The notes beneath the pieces were generated by a model. It saw only the letters and a list, made by a program, of their open reading frames with translations, did no database searches and had not been told where the DNA came from. From the NCBI GenBank assembly GCA_903944345.1, contig CAJARJ010000011.1, forward strand, positions 3,460 through 67,459: a DNA stretch of 64,000 nt, written 5' to 3'. The stretch is from Candidatus Omnitrophota bacterium (GTDB lineage Bacteria > Omnitrophota > Gorgyraeia > Zapsychrales > Fredricksoniimonadaceae). The position numbers and the translations under genes were made by a program. Shown here in pieces: positions 49,206-59,018 of this stretch (positions are counted from its first letter, which is position 1; every line of letters starts with the position of its first letter).

Positions 49206-50492
49206 TCACAAAAAAGAAAGCTGTCCGCGAACCTGTTTGCGCTGCAGCTCATCAAAAATACGAATCACGCCATATTCCCCGTCATACCCGGCCTGAATAG
49301 TGATCCGTCCCTCACGCATCAGACGAATCCCTTCCGCCAGAACATCTCCCCCCGCTGCCGCAATATCAGGCAAAGAATAATCCATAAGAATGGAAAGTTC
49401 CGGCCCCAGCCGGGACACAAGATCAAACCAGGCCTGGCGAACCTGCTTCGACTGGGAGCCAACCCCGCGGGATTCGGCAATGACTTCCTCGAGAGGGACA
49501 AGATTGAAATATGGCCTTGCCCTCATGCCCCGACGACCTTGCGGATGATCAGCCAAAGACTCAATTCTGGACATCACCCCCGTAGTAACGGCCTTGCCGC
49601 AGACAGGACACGCTCCGCCATACCAGGCCGTTTCCCGGGGATGAAGGCGTGTCTTGCAGTCGCGGTGACCGTCGTAATGATACTTGCCTTCTTCAGGAAA
49701 AAATTCGATAGTGCCTGTCATTCCGGGATCATTCCGGTCGGCTAAAGCTCGATATACCCCGGCATAGGAAAAATCCGTATCAAACAGATTCGCCTCACGA
49801 CCGAGTTTGGAAACAGAATGCGCGTCCGAATTTGAAATCAGAATAAACTCATCCAGACCCGAAAGTCGCCAGTTCATTCCTGGATCAGACGAAAGCCCTG
49901 TTTCAAGGGCAAAAATATGAGGTGTCAGATCTTCAAAACATTCCCTCACCGAATCAAAACCGCTAGCCGCCCCCAGAACCGAAAACCACGGGGTCCAGAT
50001 ATGGGCCGGAACAAACAGAACATGGGGATCGCATTCCAGTGCCAGAGCCAGCAGGTCTTTGGCATCCAGACCCAGTATGGGCCGTCCGTCAGACTTGATG
50101 TTCCCCAACGCAGCCAGACGCTGCTGAAAAGAACGACAGGCCTCCAACGAAGAAAAGATCACAACACAATGAACCTTACGTACCCGCCCGTTCTTTTTGT
50201 AGATACACGAAATCTCGGTGGAAAGCACAAACCGCACCTCCCTGCGACAGGAGGCAGGAACCTGTGCCGCCAACCCCGAAGCTATAGACGGAACAAGCCG
50301 AAGAAAACCGTTGTCGTCCGGCTCGGTCTTTTTTTCCAGTTCGTCGAGCCAGAGAGGATGAATGCAGTCACCGGTACCGACAAGTCCGATCCCCTTATAC
50401 TGCCCCCACAACCAGAGGTTTTCGGGTGTCAGATCAGAGGATGTGGCCCGGGAAAATCGGGAATGGATATGCAGATCGGCAACAAACTTCAT
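49206..50492 (-). CDS. Endonuclease Q family (PHP + Zn finger) protein
   Basis: ADLHIHSRFSRATS, GTGD, DGRP, PAHIWTPW, ETGLSSD, NSDAHS, GKYH..GHR.C, CPVCG, GYDGEYG. Confidence 0.9.
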   Translation of the reverse strand: MKFVADLHIHSRFSRATSSDLTPENLWLWGQYKGIGLVGTGDCIHPLWLDELEKKTEPDDNGFLRLVPSIASGLAAQVPASCRREVRFVLSTEISCIYKKNGRVRKVHCVVIFSSLEACRSFQQRLAALGNIKSDGRPILGLDAKDLLALALECDPHVLFVPAHIWTPWFSVLGAASGFDSVRECFEDLTPHIFALETGLSSDPGMNWRLSGLDEFILISNSDAHSVSKLGREANLFDTDFSYAGVYRALADRNDPGMTGTIEFFPEEGKYHYDGHRDCKTRLHPRETAWYGGACPVCGKAVTTGVMSRIESLADHPQGRRGMRARPYFNLVPLEEVIAESRGVGSQSKQVRQAWFDLVSRLGPELSILMDYSLPDIAAAGGDVLAEGIRLMREGRITIQAGYDGEYGVIRIFDELQRKQVRGQLSFL

Positions 50493-51880
50493 TTAAACTC
50501 CAGCACCCGCCAGGCGGTTTCGTCCAGAGTCATGGCATGCCTGGAACTCTTTGCACTTACAAGTATCCGGTCCGGATTACCCAGAAACGACAAAGGTATT
50601 CGGAAGTGCAGTTCTTTCTCCTGCGAAACAAAAAACACCTCATCGCCCGAAAGTCGCTGCCGACCGCGGCGGACTGTCAACTCTCCACCGGAAACGTGAA
50701 GAAATATTTTGGGCATCATGGAAAACTCCAGAGCCGGGCTGTACCCCAGCAGCGCCAGCGTCAGTGAAACATCTTTATCAACCTTACGGTGTAAATCCAT
50801 CTTGACCAGAAGCTCGCCGTTCCTGCGGGCAAAAGCCAGGCCGGAAATATCTTCCGAACGGACGGTCCGACCAGGAATTCCTGCCCCGTCCACCTGCCCT
50901 GCATAAGCCCATGATTCGATCTCCTGCGACGATTCAGTTACCCGCAAGACAGGATAATCTCCGAACAACTCGTTTTTTCTGGCAAATGTCGGCAGATAAC
51001 TCGGTGCATATTTGTTTTGAGAAACGTACCGCCTGATCGCTGTATATTTCGTGCGCAGCTCGTCTTCCCCAAGTCCGCAGTAATACCAGAAAACTGCGCT
51101 GCTTTCCAAAGAGACCGGCGCACTCAATGGCAAATCCGGACGATACCCCCTGGGCAAAGGCCAACCGGTAATATGCACCAGATAAGGATACACTTCAGGA
51201 GAAGGAATGTCTTTTGCAACATCCCACAACGCTACGCGCAGAAACAAATAAAGCGCCCGGTGATCCCGATTGGAATCCGCCGGATGTGACACAAAAACCT
51301 TGGTCGGCCTGAACGCATAAAGAACCGATTTGAGATCGCGAAGAATATTGTCCCCAAGATAAGGTGCCCCAGGTGAAAGAGCATTATCATAAGGCACGGC
51401 ACGAACCCTGGAAAGCATTGCTCGTAAAGGCCTGGCCTCTGCCCAATGGTACTTGAAAATATCCATTGTCCCAAAATCAGGATACCCCAGAAGGATTACG
51501 TCCTTATCGGAAAGACCCAAAAAAGCGACCGCAGCAATAGCCTCGGCATAACGCATCTTTCCCATAGAAAGAATCTCGGAAGGGCGAAGAACCGGACGCT
51601 TCTTGTAAACCATAAACGAGAGTTCGTTATTCTCCCCGCTGGTCAGAAGAACAACCCGGACACTGGCCCCTGCCGCAATGGCTTTTTGTATCACTCCACC
51701 GACCGCAATCGCCTCGTCGTCAGGATGCGGAGCCAGAACCAGAACCCTGTCCTTGTCTGTAAAGTCGGAAAGAGGCCCCATGGCCAGCCCCCAGACGTGC
51801 GAGGCCTGAAGACAAAGAATGCCGCAGACAAGAGCAAATGAACGAGAAAAAAATCCCATCATCTGCTCCAGATGACCCAT
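50489..51880 (-). CDS. PIG-L/LmbE family deacetylase, probably exported
   Basis: APHPDDE, R..EA, LGYPD, D...DH; N-terminal hydrophobic segment. Confidence 0.85.
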   Translation of the reverse strand: MGHLEQMMGFFSRSFALVCGILCLQASHVWGLAMGPLSDFTDKDRVLVLAPHPDDEAIAVGGVIQKAIAAGASVRVVLLTSGENNELSFMVYKKRPVLRPSEILSMGKMRYAEAIAAVAFLGLSDKDVILLGYPDFGTMDIFKYHWAEARPLRAMLSRVRAVPYDNALSPGAPYLGDNILRDLKSVLYAFRPTKVFVSHPADSNRDHRALYLFLRVALWDVAKDIPSPEVYPYLVHITGWPLPRGYRPDLPLSAPVSLESSAVFWYYCGLGEDELRTKYTAIRRYVSQNKYAPSYLPTFARKNELFGDYPVLRVTESSQEIESWAYAGQVDGAGIPGRTVRSEDISGLAFARRNGELLVKMDLHRKVDKDVSLTLALLGYSPALEFSMMPKIFLHVSGGELTVRRGRQRLSGDEVFFVSQEKELHFRIPLSFLGNPDRILVSAKSSRHAMTLDETAWRVLEFK

Positions 51881-53130
51881 ATAAAAATATAGGCCGCAGC
51901 TACCGCCACCAGTGTAAAAGGAACACCAATCCGTCCAAATTCCTTAAACCCGACCGTATAGCCTTCTTTCTTGAGCAATCCACAGGCCACAATATTTGCA
52001 GAAGCGCCTATAGGGGTAATATTCCCTCCCAAACTGGCTCCAATCAGCAACCCAAAAAGAAAAAGTGACGGATCGATGCCTAACTTTGCCGCCATTGACA
52101 TGGCCACCGGAAGCATCGCCGCCAGAAAAGGCACATTATCTATAAACGCCGATAAAATCATAGAAAGAAAAACCAATACTGTATAACCCAGGAACAAATT
52201 GGTCCCCACCATCCCGGCCAGAAATTCAGCAGCCCGGTCAATCCAGCCGGTTTGGGTCACGGCTCCCACCAAAACAAAGACCCCCATCAGAAAAAACGTG
52301 GTGTCCCAATCGAGGCCCTTGAGCTGAGCCCGAATCTTTCCCTTAAAAACAAACTTCTCCCATATAAGAGAAAGGAAGCCAAAAACCATACACAAAATTC
52401 CGGCCATATAAGAGAATCCGGTATCAAAAAATGATGTGACCGCCAGTAAAACAATCAGACTGACCAGAATAAAAGTTGGCCCCCAGGATTCCACTTTCTC
52501 AACCAGTTCAAACGACTGCTTCTCGGGCATGCCGCGAAACACCGACTTCAGAATAAAAAAGGATGCCAAAGCTCCAAACTGAACAGCAAAAAAGATGCCT
52601 GGCCGACCATGGTAGAAAAAGAAATCAAAGAAGGTCATCTTGGCAAAACCACCCAAGAGCATGCTGGGAGGATCCCCGATCAAGGTGGCCGTTCCCTGCA
52701 AATTACTGGAAACCGCAATAGCAATCATAATTGGTACCGGAGAAATCTTCATCTTCTTGGCCATCGCCAGGGCCAGCGGAGCCACGATAAGAACGGTTGC
52801 GACATTCTCAACAAACGCCGAAATAAACGAAGTCATGGCACAAACCGCCAGCAAGGCTCCCGCCGTTGTCCGGCATCCCGCCACGATCCGTTCCGCCAAA
52901 AAAGCCGGAACCCTGCTTTTCATAAAAATATCGGCAACCGCAAGCGTTCCAACAAAAATCCCCATGACATTCCAGTTCACTGCCAGAAAAGCCTGATGCG
53001 GGGTCAACACCCCGCAAACAACCAGAAACAGACTACCGACCACCGCAATCAGAGTTCGCCGGGTGGAGAAAATAATAAACAACACATACGCCAGAATAAA
53101 AACAGTCAACGCGATCAGGGAATAATCCAT
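51859..53130 (-). CDS. ArsB/NhaD/CitMHS-type anion permease
   Basis: SAFVENV, TLIGDPP, SAFIDNVP, GGNITPIGASAN. Confidence 0.88.
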   Translation of the reverse strand: MDYSLIALTVFILAYVLFIIFSTRRTLIAVVGSLFLVVCGVLTPHQAFLAVNWNVMGIFVGTLAVADIFMKSRVPAFLAERIVAGCRTTAGALLAVCAMTSFISAFVENVATVLIVAPLALAMAKKMKISPVPIMIAIAVSSNLQGTATLIGDPPSMLLGGFAKMTFFDFFFYHGRPGIFFAVQFGALASFFILKSVFRGMPEKQSFELVEKVESWGPTFILVSLIVLLAVTSFFDTGFSYMAGILCMVFGFLSLIWEKFVFKGKIRAQLKGLDWDTTFFLMGVFVLVGAVTQTGWIDRAAEFLAGMVGTNLFLGYTVLVFLSMILSAFIDNVPFLAAMLPVAMSMAAKLGIDPSLFLFGLLIGASLGGNITPIGASANIVACGLLKKEGYTVGFKEFGRIGVPFTLVAVAAAYIFIWVIWSR

Positions 53131-53243
53131 AACATCCTTTCTTGCCCGCAAAGTAAAAGAGGTCTATAATCCTAACAAATCTTAAAGAGTGTATTCTACA
53201 AACAAAATCCAAATAACCCAGCACATTTTTCCGGAAGGTTTTC

Positions 53244-54062
53244 ATGAATACCCCTTGCCCAATCATCAGCGACTATCACATGCACACGCCTTTATGCGGG
53301 CATGCCAGTGGCGAACCCCGCCTTTACGCGGAACGAGCCGTACAAGCCGGAATCAAAGAGATCGGTTTCTCCGATCATGCCCCTCTTTTTTCGCATCAGG
53401 ATCCCACGGTCGCGATGAATATTTCCCAACTGCCAGGATATCTCCAGATGATCGAAACTGTCCGCAACGAATTTAAAGGAAGACTAGACGTCCTGATTGC
53501 CATTGAAGCGGACTTTATCCCCGGTTTTGAGGCCCAGACCCGCGAGCTCCTCAGCGACTATCCGTATGACTACGTCATCGGCTCTGTTCACTTCATCGAG
53601 AAATGGGGATTTGACAATCCGATACAGCTCAAGGAATGGGATGCGCGCGATGTCAATGATGTTTACCGGGAATACTTTCGCCTGGTGAGAGAAAGCGCAC
53701 TTTCAGGTTTGTTTGATATCCTCGGGCATGTCGATCTGGTCAAAAAGTTCGGTTTTATTCCGACGGTCGACTTGAGCGACGAAATCGAAGAAAATGCCCG
53801 AGCCTTCAAGCAAGCGGGTGTTGCCGTTGAAATCAACACCTCCGGCCTGCACAAGCCTGCCCAGGAAATCTATCCATCTCTGGAGCATCTGAAAATATAC
53901 AAAAAAGAAGGCGTACCAATCACCTTCGGGTCGGACGCGCACAAGCCAGAACAGGTGGCCAGGGACTTTGCCAAAGGACAACAATGGGCGCTGGCTGCCG
54001 GCTACAAAGAATACGTCCGTTTTGCAAAACGCGCCGTCATAGCAACCGTTCCTCTGAAATAA
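53244..54062 (+). CDS. Histidinol-phosphatase, PHP (HisJ/HisK) family
   Basis: DYHMHT..CGHA, SDHAP, IGSVH, GHVDL, EINTSG, GSDAH. Confidence 0.88.
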   Translation: MNTPCPIISDYHMHTPLCGHASGEPRLYAERAVQAGIKEIGFSDHAPLFSHQDPTVAMNISQLPGYLQMIETVRNEFKGRLDVLIAIEADFIPGFEAQTRELLSDYPYDYVIGSVHFIEKWGFDNPIQLKEWDARDVNDVYREYFRLVRESALSGLFDILGHVDLVKKFGFIPTVDLSDEIEENARAFKQAGVAVEINTSGLHKPAQEIYPSLEHLKIYKKEGVPITFGSDAHKPEQVARDFAKGQQWALAAGYKEYVRFAKRAVIATVPLK

Positions 54063-54066
54063 CGGA

Positions 54067-55284
54067 TCAGCCCCCAAAGCGCCGTACCACATAATTTTCC
54101 AGAAGGGCAATAAACTCTTCCTTGATCTGTTCGCCTTTGAGGACTACACTTTTTTCTCCATCAATATAAACAGGAGCCGACGGATCCTCCGCCCGCCCTG
54201 GCAGACTGATCCCGATGTCCGCATGCCGGCTTTCGCCGGGACCGTTAACCACACACCCCATCACCGCGATTTTGAGCTGCTCGACTCCCTTGTATTGCGC
54301 CCTCCAGACGGGCATGCGCAAGGCAACGTATTCACGGATCGATCCCGAAAGCTCCTGAAAGTAAGCGCTTTTTGTCCGACCGCAGCCGGGACAACTGGTG
54401 ACCGAGGCGATAAAATAACGCAGCCCCATAGATTGCAGAAGTTCCTGACAGACAGCAACCTCCCGAGATCGAGCCGTGCCTGGCTCCGGAGTAAGGGAGA
54501 CACGAATCGTATCGCCAATGCCTTTCTGCAAAAGAATAGCCAACGCCGCAGAGCTGGCTGTGATGCCCTTAACCCCGGACCCCGCCTCGGTCAACCCCAG
54601 GTGCAGAACATAATCACACTCACGGGCAAGGCGCTCATAAACCTCTACCATATCCTGCAGCACGGACAACTTGGCACTGAGCACCAATTTTTCTTCCGGC
54701 AGACCGCATTCAATAGCCCGCCGGGCACTCTCGAGGGCACTTTGAACAATGGCGTCCATAATGATCTGCCGGACACTGCTCGGACTGGCCGCAGCAGTGT
54801 TTCGGTCCATCAGTTCCGCCAGCAGGTCACGGTCAAGAGAACCCCAATTAACCCCGATGCGTACTGCCTTGCCGTTATCTACCGCAATCTTTATCATGGC
54901 CGAAAACGGATCATCCTGCTCCCGCATACGTCCGACATTGCCCGGATTAATACGGTATTTGTCCAAGCCAGCAGCCAGATCAGGATGTTTTTGCAAAAGC
55001 AGATGACCGTTAAAATGGAAATCGCCTGCAATCGGAGTTGTGATTCCTGCCGCCCGCAACCGGCCAATAGCCTCCACCGCACCGTTGGCCGCGGCATCAT
55101 CGTTGATCGTCCAGCGGACCAGTTCACAGCCTGACTCGACCAGCTCCAGCGTCTGTTCAACCGTCGCCGTCGCATCCGCGGTCGGCGTATCGGTCATCGA
55201 CTGGATCAGAACCGGAAAATCCGACCCCATTGTCATGGATCCTATGCTAACAGCCGGAGTCTTCCGGCGAATAATATGTGCCAT
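54067..55284 (-). CDS. ispG: HMBPP synthase
   Basis: IQSMT, DFHF, RINPGN, RIGVNWGSL, LHLGLTEAG, GIGDTIRVSL, CPGCGR, MGCVVNGPGE. Confidence 0.96.
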   Translation of the reverse strand: MAHIIRRKTPAVSIGSMTMGSDFPVLIQSMTDTPTADATATVEQTLELVESGCELVRWTINDDAAANGAVEAIGRLRAAGITTPIAGDFHFNGHLLLQKHPDLAAGLDKYRINPGNVGRMREQDDPFSAMIKIAVDNGKAVRIGVNWGSLDRDLLAELMDRNTAAASPSSVRQIIMDAIVQSALESARRAIECGLPEEKLVLSAKLSVLQDMVEVYERLARECDYVLHLGLTEAGSGVKGITASSAALAILLQKGIGDTIRVSLTPEPGTARSREVAVCQELLQSMGLRYFIASVTSCPGCGRTKSAYFQELSGSIREYVALRMPVWRAQYKGVEQLKIAVMGCVVNGPGESRHADIGISLPGRAEDPSAPVYIDGEKSVVLKGEQIKEEFIALLENYVVRRFGG

Positions 55285-55412
55285 GCCGTTTTCCTTGTTA
55301 TTGAGTATCAACCATTTTCTGTGCGGCTTTATTTCAAAGCAAGTTTGCCGATAGCCCCAGAAAACATGGTATAATATCACATTTATAGTGTAACCACATC
55401 AGGATGCTTGAG

Positions 55413-56333
55413 ATGAAAATTTTTCTCGCAAGAACACAGGGGTTTTGTGCCGGTGTCGCCCGCGCCATCGAAACGGTCGAACAGGCACTGGCTACCTGCG
55501 GAACTCCGCTTTATATCTTTCACGAAATCGTGCACAATACAGCGGTGGTTGAAAGCTTTCGCTCGCACGGAGTCACTTTCGTCGACGACATCAATCTTGT
55601 CCCGGATGGCAGCCGGGTTATCTTCAGCGCACACGGCGTCCCTCCTGCTGTTGTCGCCCGCGCCGCAGCCAAACAACTGGTCACAATTGACGCCACCTGC
55701 CCGCTGGTCACCCGGGTTCATCAGGAGGCGGTCAAATTCTCCAATAAAGGCATGGACGTTGTGCTGATCGGCCATAAAGGACATGAGGAAGTGACCGGAA
55801 CCGCAGGCCATGTCGATCCGGCACTGCTTCATATCATCCAGAAAAAAGAAGACGTGGAAAAACTGGATATTCCCGCCCATAAAACAATCGGCTTTATAAC
55901 CCAGACGACCCTTTCGGTCGATGACACCCGTGAAATTATTCTCAAACTGCGCGCCCGTTTTCCACGCCTGACGGGGCCAGCCAAGGATAATATCTGCTAC
56001 GCCACACAAAACCGGCAAGATGCCATAAAAGAGCTGGCAGAACAATGCGATCTTATCCTGATCTGCGGATCAGCCAACAGTTCAAACTCAAACCGATTAC
56101 GGGAAAAAGGAGAACAACTGGGAATCGAAAGCCATATCATCGATAACGCCCGGGAACTTGACCTGCAACTTCTGGAAGGCCGGAAAAACATCGGTATCAG
56201 CTCGGGTGCATCGGTTCCGCGCCATATCGTTGAAGACGTCATCGAAAAGATCCGGGAACGGTTTTATCCGCTCGAAATTATGACTTTCGACAACCCGGAA
56301 AAAGATATCCACTTTCCTCTTCCAATCCTATGA
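55413..56333 (+). CDS. ispH: HMBPP reductase
   Basis: GFCAGV, IVHN, SAHG, DATCPLV, ICYATQNRQ, SSNS. Confidence 0.96.
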   Translation: MKIFLARTQGFCAGVARAIETVEQALATCGTPLYIFHEIVHNTAVVESFRSHGVTFVDDINLVPDGSRVIFSAHGVPPAVVARAAAKQLVTIDATCPLVTRVHQEAVKFSNKGMDVVLIGHKGHEEVTGTAGHVDPALLHIIQKKEDVEKLDIPAHKTIGFITQTTLSVDDTREIILKLRARFPRLTGPAKDNICYATQNRQDAIKELAEQCDLILICGSANSSNSNRLREKGEQLGIESHIIDNARELDLQLLEGRKNIGISSGASVPRHIVEDVIEKIRERFYPLEIMTFDNPEKDIHFPLPIL

Positions 56334-57292
56334 CATTACAATCACTGATACAATCCGGCCTGCCCGTTATTCCAGGGGCTCTGCTGAAAGATTACACCAC
56401 CTTCAGACTGGGCGGCCCCTGCCAGGCCCTGATCGTTTGCTCACAGTCAAGCGAAGTAATCAAAGTCGTTCCCGTCCTGCGCAACCTGAACTGCCCATTT
56501 CTGGTGATGGGTTTTGGCTCGAACATTCTGGCCAGTGATCAGGGGGTTGACCGTATTCTGATCCGCTACTCCAGCGACACTCCCCATATCACCCGTGACG
56601 GAAACCTGCTTACCGTAGATGCCTCTACCCAGCTGGATCAGCTGGTTCTGTTCTCTCTACAGCAGGGACTTCTGGGTCTGGAAAAATTCAGCGGCATTCC
56701 CGGAACTGTCGGCGGTGGAATTGCCGGTAACGCGGGAGCCTATGGTCAACAAATCTCTGACCGGCTGGTATCCCTGCAAATCCTTGCAAACGACACCAGC
56801 GAGCAGAAACTCACCCGCAACGATATTTCTTTCAGTTACAGGGATTCTTCCCTTAAAAGCGATGGCTCAATTATTCTCTCGGCCACTTTCGAACTTTCAC
56901 CCGGTGAGGACGCCGCAAGACTGCTGGCTGACCGGACGGCCCTGCTCATGTCCCGCGAAGAGAAACATGGCCGCTGGAAAGACAATCCTTGTGCCGGTTC
57001 TTTTTTCCGTAATGTCCTGCCCAGTTCCAGTGCCGGCAAACGTGAATCCGCCGGATGGTTTCTGGAGCAGTCCGGGTGCAAAGCCCTTAACATCGGCGGC
57101 GCACATTGCCTGCATACCCACGCAAATATCATAACCCGGGACATCGGCGCTTCGGCCAAAGATGTCTTTGAACTGACACAAATCATGGCAGGAATGGTCA
57201 AAGAAAAGTTCAACATCCAGCTGGAACGGGAAGTTCGTTTGTTAGGAAAGTTTGAAAACGCAACAGACAAGAATCAGGAAGGTTTCTGGTAA
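56330..57292 (+). CDS. murB: UDP-N-acetylenolpyruvoylglucosamine reductase
   Basis: TTFRLGG, GSN, GIPGTVGG..NAGAYG, YR.S, AGSFF.N, HAN, LEREV. Confidence 0.93.
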   Translation: MTLQSLIQSGLPVIPGALLKDYTTFRLGGPCQALIVCSQSSEVIKVVPVLRNLNCPFLVMGFGSNILASDQGVDRILIRYSSDTPHITRDGNLLTVDASTQLDQLVLFSLQQGLLGLEKFSGIPGTVGGGIAGNAGAYGQQISDRLVSLQILANDTSEQKLTRNDISFSYRDSSLKSDGSIILSATFELSPGEDAARLLADRTALLMSREEKHGRWKDNPCAGSFFRNVLPSSSAGKRESAGWFLEQSGCKALNIGGAHCLHTHANIITRDIGASAKDVFELTQIMAGMVKEKFNIQLEREVRLLGKFENATDKNQEGFW

Positions 57293-57322
57293 ATCCGCAA
57301 CTGCTTGCAGGCCTCAAACAAC

Positions 57323-57772
57323 TTACTCCGTGGAAACCGTCGGCTTGTTATCCAAAGCCCCTTTAAGCGTGTGCCAGGGCAGGATCGCGCATTTGACGCG
57401 GCTGGGATATTTCCATATTCCGGAAAAAACGGTCAGTTTCCCGAGATGATGAGTCTCTTTTCCGGGATCAAGTTCCTTTGTAATCAGACTATGGAACTCC
57501 GCACACAAGGCCCGGGCTTCCTCGACAGTCTTGCCTTGCATGGCCGCGGTCATCATGGAGGCCGAAGCCTTGGAAATCGCACAACCATCCCCCTGAAAAG
57601 CAACCTCCTCGACTATGCCCTCCTGAGACAAACGCACATACACATTCAGATGATCGCCGCATAAAGGGTTGTACCCCTCAGCCTGGCAGGAACACGGAGA
57701 AATTTCACGAAAGTTGCGAGGGTGACGGTTGTGGTCAAGAATGACCTGCTGATACAGTTCGTCATTATCCAT
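57323..57772 (-). CDS. sufU: SUF system NifU-type sulfur transfer protein
   Basis: LYQQVILDH, NPLCGD, GCAISKASAS, RVKCA.LPW. Confidence 0.95.
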   Translation of the reverse strand: MDNDELYQQVILDHNRHPRNFREISPCSCQAEGYNPLCGDHLNVYVRLSQEGIVEEVAFQGDGCAISKASASMMTAAMQGKTVEEARALCAEFHSLITKELDPGKETHHLGKLTVFSGIWKYPSRVKCAILPWHTLKGALDNKPTVSTE

Positions 57773-57776
57773 GATT

Positions 57777-58997
57777 TTATTTGAATACCTCTATGACTTT
57801 ACGAAGCGCTGTTGCCAGAACATCCAACTCCTCTTTTGTGTTATAAAACGCGAGCGAAGCCCTGGCTGTCGCCGGAATTCCGTAACGCTTCATGACCGGC
57901 TGGGTGCAGTGATGCCCCGTCCGGATGGCCACACCCTCACGATCCAGCAGAGTGCCGATATCATGCGGATGGATCTCCCCCAAAAGAAACGAAAAAACCG
58001 GCGTCTTGTTGTCCGCCGTTCCAATCATGCGTAACCCCGGGACTGCCGTGAGAACTCTTGTCCCATACTCAACCAGAGATTTTTTCCAAGATATAATATC
58101 TTCCCAGCCGAGAGTTCGGACATAGTCGATAGCCGCCCCCATCCCGATAACACCGGCCACGTTGGGTGTTCCCGCCTCAAACTTGTGCGGCAGCCGGTTA
58201 TAAATCACCTGGTCAAAGGTCACGCTCAGGATCATGTCACCTCCGCCCTGATAGGGCGGCATGGCCTCGAGAAGTTTTTCTTTTCCGTAAAGAACGCCTA
58301 CTCCGGTGGGGCCATAAAGCTTATGCCCCGAAAACGCCAGAAAATCAATATCCCAGGCCTGCACATCTATCGGCTCATGCGCTATCCCCTGGGCTGCGTC
58401 CAGCATGAAAAGAGCCCCCACCGCATGAGCATCTTTCGCCATCTCCCTGACCGGATTGACCGTACCCAGAGAATTGGAAACATGCACAACCGACACCAGT
58501 TTTGTTCTGGGTCCAAGCAGGCGACGATACTCATCAAGGCACAACTCGCCTTTGTCCGTCAGAGGAATAACCCTGATCACGCAACCGGTGGCCTCCCGGA
58601 CCATTTGCCATGGCACAATATTGGAGTGGTGCTCCATACCGGAAATGATGATCTCGTCTCCCGGTTTCAGAAAAGTCCGCCCCCACGAATATGCCACCAG
58701 ATTGATAGCTTCAGTCGCCCCCTTGGTAAAAATTATTTCCGACAGGCTTGCGGCATTGAGAAACCGACGCACTTTTTCCCTGGTTGATTCGTACTGGGCC
58801 GTGGCCTCTTCACTCAAATAATGGACGCCCCGATGAATATTGGCCGTGCGGTGGCAATAATGAGAATGTGTCAGGGAAATGACCTGACAAGGCTTGAAGG
58901 TGGTAGCCGCATTATCAAAATAAACAAGGGGTTTATCGTCGCGGGTACGCGTGCGTAAATTGGGAAAGTCCCGGCGAACCTTCTGAATATCCAACAT
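57777..58997 (-). CDS. sufS: Cysteine desulfurase
   Basis: YFDNAAT, EHHSNIVPWQ, SGHK, RTGHHC. Confidence 0.96.
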   Translation of the reverse strand: MLDIQKVRRDFPNLRTRTRDDKPLVYFDNAATTFKPCQVISLTHSHYCHRTANIHRGVHYLSEEATAQYESTREKVRRFLNAASLSEIIFTKGATEAINLVAYSWGRTFLKPGDEIIISGMEHHSNIVPWQMVREATGCVIRVIPLTDKGELCLDEYRRLLGPRTKLVSVVHVSNSLGTVNPVREMAKDAHAVGALFMLDAAQGIAHEPIDVQAWDIDFLAFSGHKLYGPTGVGVLYGKEKLLEAMPPYQGGGDMILSVTFDQVIYNRLPHKFEAGTPNVAGVIGMGAAIDYVRTLGWEDIISWKKSLVEYGTRVLTAVPGLRMIGTADNKTPVFSFLLGEIHPHDIGTLLDREGVAIRTGHHCTQPVMKRYGIPATARASLAFYNTKEELDVLATALRKVIEVFK

Positions 58998-59018
58998 AGA
59001 ACATCCTTCTATATCCGG

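Noticed and set aside
55383-56045. 220-aa minus-strand ORF
   Set aside because: Antisense shadow of ispH
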